Below are positions 37,163 through 44,767 of a DNA stretch of 59,590 bases, one piece after another. The DNA is from a virus. Lineage: Duplodnaviria > Caudoviricetes. Position numbers and translations under genes: made by a program. The DNA lies in the IMG/VR virus record IMGVR_UViG_3300012942_000051, positions 1 through 59,590 of that record; one strand, 5' to 3'. How positions within the stretch are numbered: the stretch's first letter is position 1; every line of letters starts with the position of its first letter. The notes under the pieces are model-generated. The model was not told where the DNA came from and ran no database searches. It saw nothing but the letters and a program-made list of their open reading frames with translations.

Positions 37163-38178
37163 GCAAATAATCCATCGCTGATTGGCACATAGCGTTCGGC
37201 AGGCTTGCGCAGCTCGACGAACCGCGGAAACGCCCAACAGTTATACGCCCAGCGAGCATAATAAAAATCGCGCAGCCTGGCAATGTCTTGCCCGTCGCGG
37301 GCGACCTCGGCTGCGATTGGTTCTTGCATCACCGGCGGCAGCGTGTCGAAGTGTTGCATGTGCATCTTGCGCGCCGATGATTGCCCCGAGATCGTGAGCT
37401 GGCGTCCGCTTGTGGGCAAGAGCACCAGACCGTTTGCTGCCCACTGTACCCAAGTCGAAGAGTCGACCGAGTACCATGGGTAGTTCATCATTAGCTCAAG
37501 CGCCGTCAGCGAAAAGGCGTGGAACCGCACTTTGGGTCGACCGTCGCTATCGCAGACGCGCTCGAACACTTGTTGGAACCACGATTCTAGCGAATACAGG
37601 TCACCGCGGACGAGGCCGCCGAGCGCGATATAATTATACTTGCTCGCGTAATAGTCGAGGTATTCCCAAGGCTCATTATAATGGAAGCATGGCAGCGGTT
37701 CGGTACCACGACGTTCCATTTCTTCCATGTTCTTCCACGACAGCTCGGCCGTCTTCGTTTTGGCGTAGAACTCGCCGCCCGGGCCGCCGATAACGTCGAG
37801 CGGCGCAATCATCTTGGTGCCTTGATCTCTGGCAATAATATCGTCGTTAGCCAAGATGAAGTCGCAGTAGTGACCCATGTCCACTTCGGTGCCCAGCGTG
37901 AAAGCCGAGAACGCGCCCGAGTCCAAAAAGATTTTCACGCCGTCGCGTCTGATATTGCTGACGGCACGCCCCTTCTTGATGTAGTGAAAAGACTCGAGGT
38001 GCCATTTGTTGCCTAGTCGTTTTGCCTGCTCGTCGGGCGTAAGTTTGTTAAAGACGGTCGAACCGACGTTAAAGTTCGACGTGTAAAGGCCCGCGTTATA
38101 CAGGCGAAGCGAATGTCCTTCTTTCGTCCACGGATCAGTCGCCAGCACGTTTGAGCTCCCAAATGCAGACGCGCTCAT
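37159..38178 (-). CDS. dpdA: TGT-family deazaguanine DNA transglycosylase (DpdA-like)
   Basis: IFLDSGAFS, PLDVIG, PCFH, IALGGLV, FHAF and SVDSSTW TIM-barrel TGT motifs; co-located with folE/queD/queE. Confidence 0.85.
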   Translation of the reverse strand: MSASAFGSSNVLATDPWTKEGHSLRLYNAGLYTSNFNVGSTVFNKLTPDEQAKRLGNKWHLESFHYIKKGRAVSNIRRDGVKIFLDSGAFSAFTLGTEVDMGHYCDFILANDDIIARDQGTKMIAPLDVIGGPGGEFYAKTKTAELSWKNMEEMERRGTEPLPCFHYNEPWEYLDYYASKYNYIALGGLVRGDLYSLESWFQQVFERVCDSDGRPKVRFHAFSLTALELMMNYPWYSVDSSTWVQWAANGLVLLPTSGRQLTISGQSSARKMHMQHFDTLPPVMQEPIAAEVARDGQDIARLRDFYYARWAYNCWAFPRFVELRKPAERYVPISDGLFA

Positions 38179-38788
38179 AATGCGGTGTTGGGTTCGGGTG
38201 ATTTAAGCGCCAGCGATAGAAGTCGGCGCCGACCATGTAGTCGACTGCCTTATACGAAAGGCCGACCCAATCGCCGATAAATAGGCCGGTCGTCTCGAGC
38301 TCGTCACGAAAGTACTTGACCTCGCCAACAGAGTTTCGTTCTTTCGCGGCTAGGTCATCGTTGACGAACTGTATAATCAGGATACGGCCATTGTGAAACG
38401 ACGCAAGGTGTCGGAATAGTTTGCGAGCGCTTTCGTTGGGCAAGTAATGCAAGACGTAGCGCATAACAATCAGATCGTAGTCGCCACGATGCTGCAGGAT
38501 GTCAGCCTCCACATCCGGTTTTTTCGACGGATCATAATCGACGCTGATGGCGTTCGGAATCCATTGTTTCAGAAGACCATTTGCGCCGCCATAGTCTGCG
38601 ACGATGCCGGACGTATCAACGCCGCTGAGCGCAAGCGGCATGATATCGGAGTACATAAGTTGCGCCGTTGGATCGGGCCATTTGCCGAAGGCTTCGCCTT
38701 GATCTTCAGGATGTCGCGCTCGCGCAGCGCGACAATCAGGACAGCCGCTGCCCGGCCAGCTGTGCTCACACATATCTGTGCTAACCAT
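38135..38788 (-). CDS. Class I SAM-dependent methyltransferase
   Basis: Motif I VADYGGANG, SVD, ADIL and YDLIVMRYVLHYL; GGAGGA RBS. Confidence 0.8.
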   Translation of the reverse strand: MVSTDMCEHSWPGSGCPDCRAARARHPEDQGEAFGKWPDPTAQLMYSDIMPLALSGVDTSGIVADYGGANGLLKQWIPNAISVDYDPSKKPDVEADILQHRGDYDLIVMRYVLHYLPNESARKLFRHLASFHNGRILIIQFVNDDLAAKERNSVGEVKYFRDELETTGLFIGDWVGLSYKAVDYMVGADFYRWRLNHPNPTPHYERVCIWELKRAGD

Positions 38789-38789
38789 T

Positions 38790-38900
38790 ATTGTCCTCCA
38801 TCACAACGGCGCCGTGACGGGCGTCTAAGGGCGACCCCTCCTCGCGTACCCACACGGCGCCCGATCGTTTGTAAGCCCGGCGTGAGCGCCGTGCAACGTC
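38790..38900 (-). promoter_or_regulatory. Sigma70-like promoter and structured 5' leader of the methyltransferase-dpdA-clamp-polA unit
   Basis: Minus strand TTGCAC-N17-TACAAA, followed by a GGCGCCGTG/CACGGCGCC stem ending just before GGAGG. Confidence 0.45.
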
Positions 38901-38904
38901 GGAT

Positions 38905-39615
38905 TTAATCGGTCCGGCGCACCAGCTCGTCGAATAACGTCATCAAGCCGGGCAGGTGCGGGCGCAAGAGCTCGATGATGACGAACGCATACTTGCGCGC
39001 CTCGAGCTGCGCGTGACTGTGCTCGCGCAAAGCTAGGAACTTGTAGAGGTTCGACAGATCGACGTTGCCGAGCCAATGCACATAGTGGTTCAGGTGCAAC
39101 AGCATCCGCGCGTGCTCAGGCGCTACGCCTTGGTCGATCGCAGAAAGGTAGGTGTCGTAACCTTCTGCGCATTGCGCGTTTAGCTCCGCTTTGAACCAGG
39201 CTTGCGTATCAGCATCGAGCGTGTCGGATTGGCCCTGCTTCGCGCCGCCGACAGGCTTGCCGCCGACTGTATCGGGAATATACCACTCGGGCGGCAGCGT
39301 GATGTAACGTCCGCTAGACTCGTTGCGTCGCCATGTGCGATGACGAACGAACTGCCGATCGATGAAGATTGGCACCTTGACCTCGATCCATACTTGGATC
39401 ATCTCGAATGGCGACGTGTGCCCGTTCTTGAGCAGGTACCGATTGAGTTTCATGTCATCTTCATACGTTCGATCGGAACCGAACTGATCGAATGACATTC
39501 GCGCTGCTTGCGCTGGATCGCAATCGTCGGCGTCGAAGTAGCGATCATTGTTGGCTCGGCGGCTCGGCCCCGCGAGATTGAGCAGCTTAACGAACCCGTG
39601 GTCAAGCACTTCCAT
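38905..39615 (-). CDS. thyX: Flavin-dependent thymidylate synthase
   Basis: HTSPFE, RHR....NESSGRY, GVAPEHAR and HAQLEAR motifs. Confidence 0.95.
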   Translation of the reverse strand: MEVLDHGFVKLLNLAGPSRRANNDRYFDADDCDPAQAARMSFDQFGSDRTYEDDMKLNRYLLKNGHTSPFEMIQVWIEVKVPIFIDRQFVRHRTWRRNESSGRYITLPPEWYIPDTVGGKPVGGAKQGQSDTLDADTQAWFKAELNAQCAEGYDTYLSAIDQGVAPEHARMLLHLNHYVHWLGNVDLSNLYKFLALREHSHAQLEARKYAFVIIELLRPHLPGLMTLFDELVRRTD

Positions 39616-39982
39616 ATTTTGCCCTCTCAGCTTTGATAACCGCAAGCAGCGACTGCAGCTCATGCCAGTTGTACCCCGACCACAGCTTTGCAGCAACAAG
39701 CTGAGTGAATGGCGGTTGATCGGCTGTGCGCTCGTTAAAGAAAACGTGTGGATTCGGCAGATCCATCGTCATCGGCGCGGTGCGAATTGGCAGCGACGTA
39801 AGTAGAAGGCTCTCGCTTTCTGCATACCAGATGGCTTTGCCGAGTTCGACGAAAGCCGCGTCCTTCTTGCCAAGGCGCCAGCAGTACTTCAGAATCTGAT
39901 AGCCGTTTGCTGTCAGGCGCTCGCCAATATCTGCGCAGGCGCGCCCCGCGTAGTGCGTTGGGTTGATCGGATCGTTATCCAT
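39602..39982 (-). CDS. DUF3310-family protein (T7 gp1.7-like nucleotide kinase domain)
   Basis: DPINPTHY...ILKYCWRLGKKD...ELGKAIWY. Confidence 0.8.
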   Translation of the reverse strand: MDNDPINPTHYAGRACADIGERLTANGYQILKYCWRLGKKDAAFVELGKAIWYAESESLLLTSLPIRTAPMTMDLPNPHVFFNERTADQPPFTQLVAAKLWSGYNWHELQSLLAVIKAERAKYGSA

Positions 39983-40370
39983 TGCAATCGCCCCTCGCAT
40001 ACTGCTTTATAGCAGCAATTGCGTTTTCGAGCGTAGCAACGCGCATAACGTTCGGGTGATGCTGCCAGGTTCCGTAATCGACATGATCGCCAACCACGAC
40101 AACTAGCTTGCCGAGCGCGAGAGCCGCGCCGGCTTCGACCAACGCGCCGCGAAGTTGCTCACCTTCAAGCGCATAGACGATCATGGCGTGACAGGCGCGG
40201 ACGTCGGCCATATCGTCTTGCCAGAAGCATCGTGCGTTCGTCGCCGATGGCTCCACAAACGGTTCGAGAAATGGCCACCGGCTCACAAAGTGAATGTCTG
40301 GCAGCTGGTAGAGATCACGCCATGCGGGAGCGTGGTGCATCTTCGATGCGATGTAGACCCGCGGCGTCAT
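39975..40370 (-). CDS. Nucleoside 2'-deoxyribosyltransferase / N-glycosidase-like protein
   Basis: VYIAS, D..DV..C..MIVY and GALVEAG.ALALGK motifs. Confidence 0.75.
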   Translation of the reverse strand: MTPRVYIASKMHHAPAWRDLYQLPDIHFVSRWPFLEPFVEPSATNARCFWQDDMADVRACHAMIVYALEGEQLRGALVEAGAALALGKLVVVVGDHVDYGTWQHHPNVMRVATLENAIAAIKQYARGDCNG

Positions 40371-40993
40371 GTGCGCTTGCCATCGGCTTTAAGGCGGTTT
40401 TCGACCTTGTGGTCGGCGCGCTGCTCGTTGTAGATGAGTTTGTCGATTATCATCTGTGCGACATCCTGCGGCGGCAGATAGTCACCGAGCTCGGGCTCGC
40501 CGACTGCTACATCGGTCTTGCGGATCGCTTCATATTTGCGAGCGATGGCGCAGACCTCGGCGAACATGCTGTCGCCAGGATTGCGCGTTCCCGTGCTCTC
40601 GACGATCCGCCCGGCAAATAGTGCGCCGCAGAAATCGGCGAAGCGAATTTGCAGATCGCCGAGCTCGACGCCGAGACCAGGATGCTGCGGCAATTTATCG
40701 TCTGGCTCACCTGACTGGTAAGCATCGTAAGCTTCGGCGAGTTCGGTAACAAAAAGCATGAACATCTCGCCGACGCTGCGTTTCAGCGGCTGACCGGTTT
40801 GAATGTTGGTCCACCAGCCGGCTTTGACATTGCTTTCGTGGACGTCGGTGTAAAACGAACGCAGCGATACCGCGTGGTAACGCTGCGTAGAACGAAGGCG
40901 TCGAACTTCATCGACCAATCCCGCAATTGTGCTCGGGATATCACGACTGTTGGTCGCGATCATGTCGGCAAGTTCCAAATCTTGTTCTGTCAT
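40367..40993 (-). CDS. MazG-like nucleoside triphosphate pyrophosphohydrolase
   Basis: ELAEA...ELGD..IR..D acidic motif; K..YN..R.DHK.ENR tail. Confidence 0.8.
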   Translation of the reverse strand: MTEQDLELADMIATNSRDIPSTIAGLVDEVRRLRSTQRYHAVSLRSFYTDVHESNVKAGWWTNIQTGQPLKRSVGEMFMLFVTELAEAYDAYQSGEPDDKLPQHPGLGVELGDLQIRFADFCGALFAGRIVESTGTRNPGDSMFAEVCAIARKYEAIRKTDVAVGEPELGDYLPPQDVAQMIIDKLIYNEQRADHKVENRLKADGKRT

Positions 40994-41003
40994 TGTGCCC
41001 TCC

Positions 41004-41900
41004 TTAACGTGCCAGGTGCAAAAATTCCTGGCGTGGTGCCCCTTCGAGCATACAGCCACGCAGCGCGCTGGTGGTCGTTTCCGATCCTTGCTGCGCGATG
41101 CCGCGGGATTCGACGCATAGATGCCGCGCAGTTACGATCACCCCGACGCCCTTGCAGCCGAGGTGCTCAACGAGCGCGTCCGCGATCTGCGTAGTTAACC
41201 TTTCCTGCACCTGCAGTCGGCGGGCGAAGCAGTCGACCAGCCGATTGATCTTCGACAAGCCGACAATTTTGCCGTTCGGAATATAGCCGACAGTCGCGCG
41301 ACCGAAGAACGGAGCCATGTGGTGTTCGCAATGCGAATAGAACGGAATATCCTTTACAAGCACCATCTCGTCAACGCGCTCGGCGCCGTCCTCGAAAACC
41401 TTAAGCAGCGATGCGGGATCGATATCGTATCCGCCGCACCAGTGCTGCCAGGCTTTCGCAACGCGCGCTGGCGTCTCGGCGAGCCCTTCGCGCGTCGGAT
41501 CTTCACCCGCATATTGTAGCAGACGGCGGACATGATCTTCGATCCCGGCTGATTTGTCGCCCTCCCAAGGCCACACGATCCAATCTTCGTTGTGCGACCA
41601 GGATCGTTTGTCAACGAGCGCGAAGAATGGCTTGCCCACAGGAAAACGCTTCATGGTCTCGCCCGTGTCGATCAGATCGTCCACGATCAAGTCGGCATCG
41701 TCGGCCGTCATGGCGACACAAAAACGATCATCCTCATCGACCGAGAAAAGAGCGAGCATCGCAGGAATGCCGCCGCGAGGAACAGGGTAGACGGAAAGAC
41801 GTTTCGTGTCATTGTTATGACCGAACCGCTCAACGATTGAGTTAAGCATCTCGCCGGCGAGATCCAAAACCTGCAAGTTGTTATAACGACGCTCAGCCAC
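41004..41900 (-). CDS. folE: Purine phosphoribosyltransferase (Gpt-like) domain fused to GTP cyclohydrolase I
   Basis: N-terminal VPRGG, IVDDLIDTGET and WIVWPWE; C-terminal ETPARVAK, CEHH, GLSK..R, LQVQERLT and HLC...RG. Confidence 0.92.
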   Translation of the reverse strand: MAERRYNNLQVLDLAGEMLNSIVERFGHNNDTKRLSVYPVPRGGIPAMLALFSVDEDDRFCVAMTADDADLIVDDLIDTGETMKRFPVGKPFFALVDKRSWSHNEDWIVWPWEGDKSAGIEDHVRRLLQYAGEDPTREGLAETPARVAKAWQHWCGGYDIDPASLLKVFEDGAERVDEMVLVKDIPFYSHCEHHMAPFFGRATVGYIPNGKIVGLSKINRLVDCFARRLQVQERLTTQIADALVEHLGCKGVGVIVTARHLCVESRGIAQQGSETTTSALRGCMLEGAPRQEFLHLAR

Positions 41901-42429
41901 GATGATTTGCCCCCTCATAGATTGCGCTGTTGCCGCCGTGCTCGCGCACTTCGACCGAAACAAGTCGCAGCGCCCGCGGCGAGCCTTTATCGGTTCGATG
42001 TGCAGGGTAACAAGCGTCGCCGTGCGTCTTCAAAAGCCAGGTATCGACCCAACCGAAAACGTGTTCGGCAAAACCTTCGCAACCGACGAACGGCAAAACG
42101 AGCACGTCAGCAAGCATGTTAGCCGCGACGCTGTTTGATTGACCGAATACGAAAGATCCAACGCCAAGCGCTTCGAGGCGATCGCGGTGCGGATCGTCTT
42201 CGGCAACTATAAGGCGGTGGTCGAACGTCTCGCAAAGGAACGCCTTCACCTCTTTTAGCCCGCCGAAGTCGAGCACCCAATTGTTCTCGTCGAGCTTTTC
42301 AGCTGCAAACGTGAGCTTGAAGCTCAGCGCGTAGCCGTGCAGAAAACGGCAATGAGATTTGGCTCGCCACTGTCGAAAGCATGCCGACAGGCCGAGCGTA
42401 TGGTCGTAAGTTTTCGTGACGTAGTACAT
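41893..42429 (-). CDS. queD: 6-carboxytetrahydropterin synthase
   Basis: CRFLHGY, DFGGLK, FDH, GCE.FA and VREH..NSA motifs. Confidence 0.9.
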   Translation of the reverse strand: MYYVTKTYDHTLGLSACFRQWRAKSHCRFLHGYALSFKLTFAAEKLDENNWVLDFGGLKEVKAFLCETFDHRLIVAEDDPHRDRLEALGVGSFVFGQSNSVAANMLADVLVLPFVGCEGFAEHVFGWVDTWLLKTHGDACYPAHRTDKGSPRALRLVSVEVREHGGNSAIYEGANHRG

Positions 42430-42487
42430 GGACGTCCCTTCGATTACGCACCGCAGGATAGCGATGGCGTGTTTCCGAGAGCGTGGC

Positions 42488-43180
42488 TCAATCGAGCCCA
42501 GCGAACTTGTGGATTTGAAGCTGCAGCAAATACCCGTGCTGCATCGCGCTCGCAACCGCGGCGTCGGTATTCGCTTCGTTGAGAATGTCGTCTTGCTCGT
42601 CCATTGGCTGGACGTAGATGCGCGCGCCGTCGCGGGGCCGAGCGACATATGGCTTCGCCGTGTGCCCCAGCGCCTTTGTGGGCAAACCGTCGTCTGCGAT
42701 CTCGCCGACGCGAAGAATGTACTTGAACGCCATAGCCCGCTTGTGGATCTCATCACTGATGCGATTGGTCTTCGGCGAGCAGACGATGCTAAAGCGCGTG
42801 AAGTCGTCGAGCAGTTCGAGATTCGGCGGCGCCAGCACGCCATTCGTTTCGACCTGGACGCGGTAGCCTGCGGTTATCAGCGCGTAAATCGCCGGAACGA
42901 CGTTCTGACGGAAAGGTTCGCCACCTGTGACGACGATCAGCGCGCCGCGCGGCCAGCCCTCGACATGCCAAACATGCTCCGCGAGCTCGTCTGGCTTCCA
43001 CGTTGACGTGGTGCTGGTGTAGTCGGTGTCACAGCCGGGGCATTGCAGGTTACAGCCCCATAGGCGGATAAAAAGGGCTCGCTCGCCGCAAAAAGGCCCC
43101 TCGCCCTGAATTGTCTTAAAAATCGAGTGGACGACGATGGCGTCCTGGTAATCTGCAGGTATCGGTTTTTGTTCGTTCAT
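42488..43180 (-). CDS. queE: 7-carboxy-7-deazaguanine synthase (radical SAM)
   Basis: F.TIQGEG, CNLQCPGCDT, TGGEP, ETNG, SPK and QIHK motifs. Confidence 0.93.
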   Translation of the reverse strand: MNEQKPIPADYQDAIVVHSIFKTIQGEGPFCGERALFIRLWGCNLQCPGCDTDYTSTTSTWKPDELAEHVWHVEGWPRGALIVVTGGEPFRQNVVPAIYALITAGYRVQVETNGVLAPPNLELLDDFTRFSIVCSPKTNRISDEIHKRAMAFKYILRVGEIADDGLPTKALGHTAKPYVARPRDGARIYVQPMDEQDDILNEANTDAAVASAMQHGYLLQLQIHKFAGLD

Positions 43181-43322
43181 CGTGTCCTCCAGGGTCCCAC
43201 CCTACAACGATGACCGAGTTGGTTGCAAATGAAAAATGAAGGCACATAAAAAGAGGTGTTGGTTTTCACCAACACCTCTTCCTATACCGCGCCGCGGTGG
43301 GATGCGGCTGCGGCGTAGCTTG

Positions 43323-43715
43323 TTACGCCGCCGGCGGGGCGGGCGGAACGTCGGGAGCCGCGGGCGCGTCGGGCGCGGCCGGCGTCTCGGGCTTCGCAGC
43401 CTTGCCGGGCGCAGCCGTGCCGACGAGACCGTGGAACTTGCGCCAGTGGCTGTAGAGGCTCGCCGCCATGGACGTATTGTAGCCGTCCTTCTCGGCGCGC
43501 TCGAGCACTTCCTTGCGGGTCGCAGGCTCGCCCTTGGCGGCGCTGATCTCGTCGATAATCGCCCACAGGGTGCCGGTCTTCGTGCCCGGCGCAGGCTTCG
43601 TCTGGCCGTTGCGCTTCTCGCGCTCGACCTTCGGCGCCTTCGGCGCGTCGGCGGCGGCGGGCGTGTCGTTCGTGGGAGCTTCCGGGGCGTCCGGAGCCTT
43701 CGGCTTGTCGGTCAT
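43323..43715 (-). CDS. Small putative DNA-binding protein with Pro/Ala-rich tails
   Basis: Core RKEVLERAEKDGYNTSMAASLYSHWRKFHG; high-expression codon bias. Confidence 0.75.
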   Translation of the reverse strand: MTDKPKAPDAPEAPTNDTPAAADAPKAPKVEREKRNGQTKPAPGTKTGTLWAIIDEISAAKGEPATRKEVLERAEKDGYNTSMAASLYSHWRKFHGLVGTAAPGKAAKPETPAAPDAPAAPDVPPAPPAA

Positions 43716-43824
43716 GGTTGTACCCTTCCTTCGTAGTTGCGTCAGAAAACGACGCGAGATCGATGCTATTGCATCTTATGAAAGCGGGGGCAAGGCGTTA
43801 TTTTTACCCTGCCCCCGCAGCGGC

Positions 43825-44427
43825 TCAGGCAGGCTTACCCGCCTTCGTCAGACCGCGAGCGACACGCCAGTGCTGATAGGCGGCACGCGCAGTATTCGGC
43901 GTGACACCCTTGGCGATTGCGCGCTCGACGATATCCTTGCGCTTCGCGGCCGGATCGGCGTCGGCGAGTGCGAAAACGAGCTCGGAGGGGCTTTCGACAT
44001 CCGAATGGTTGCGGTTCGGATATTTGCGGCCCGTCTTCGACGGCTTCGCCGCGCTCTTGAGCTCGATCGGCTTGCCCCACTCGTGGTTGCAGTTCATGCA
44101 TTGCCATTCGTGCTTGATCGTTTTGAATGCCTCTTTCTCGGATCCATCACGATCGGCGGCGGTGTCGAAGTCCATAAGCCCGTTTGAGAGATGAACGCCG
44201 CAGTTCGGGCAAGTTGCGTGCCCACACGCGAGGATGAGGGCCTCATCCTCCTCGCTGACACCCTTGAGTCCGACCGCAGCGTCTGCGGCGTCGGTGTCGA
44301 AACCGTACTTGCCGTCCTGCTGCGTAATCAGCGAGTTGAGAGCGAGGGCATCGGTATTCGCCGTGCCGAGGTAACGGGTCAGACCGCGGACGGCGGTCGG
44401 ACGATTGCTGTAAGCCTTGAACGTCAT
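43825..44427 (-). CDS. Zn-ribbon protein whose C-terminal domain is paralogous to the neighbouring gene
   Basis: CPNC...CMNC; RKDIVERAIAKGVTPNTARAAYQHWRVARG; GGAG RBS. Confidence 0.75.
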   Translation of the reverse strand: MTFKAYSNRPTAVRGLTRYLGTANTDALALNSLITQQDGKYGFDTDAADAAVGLKGVSEEDEALILACGHATCPNCGVHLSNGLMDFDTAADRDGSEKEAFKTIKHEWQCMNCNHEWGKPIELKSAAKPSKTGRKYPNRNHSDVESPSELVFALADADPAAKRKDIVERAIAKGVTPNTARAAYQHWRVARGLTKAGKPA

Positions 44428-44524
44428 GTCGTGTCTCCAGTCAGGTCGTCGTTTCGGACGCCCCCTTATCTGCGCCACTTCAGTAGACGTCAACTGGAAA
44501 ATGATCTGAGACGTATTTTATCGG

Positions 44525-44767
44525 TTAGAACGGAACACCTGGCAAAAAGGCGGGACAGCCGAACGCGATAATCCGAGCAGGCGGACGCCTTTTTGCAGGG
44601 TCGAGGTCGCAGTGCTCGTCTTGCGTTTGCACAGTGCCTTCTGTTGTAACCGGGCCAGACGCAACTCGCCATTGGAAATGCTCACAGTTTGGACAACACG
44701 GGAGAAGTTCCTTTAGCCGTCGCATTTGTTTCAGCATCTGCTCGTCGAAGCTTTGACCCTCAATCAT
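44525..44767 (-). CDS. Small Cys-rich protein
   Basis: CCPNCEHF...C...C; overlaps the helicase stop. Confidence 0.6.
   Translation of the reverse strand: MIEGQSFDEQMLKQMRRLKELLPCCPNCEHFQWRVASGPVTTEGTVQTQDEHCDLDPAKRRPPARIIAFGCPAFLPGVPF

Noticed and set aside
37159-38178. Canonical tRNA-guanine transglycosylase (Tgt) for queuosine
   Set aside because: Lacks the C-terminal CxCxxC Zn site of bacterial Tgt, and its context next to clamp and polA favours a DNA-acting DpdA. An RNA target is not formally excluded.
42430-42487. Possible preQ1 riboswitch between queE and queD
   Set aside because: Lacks the preQ1-I stem-loop consensus and A-rich tail.
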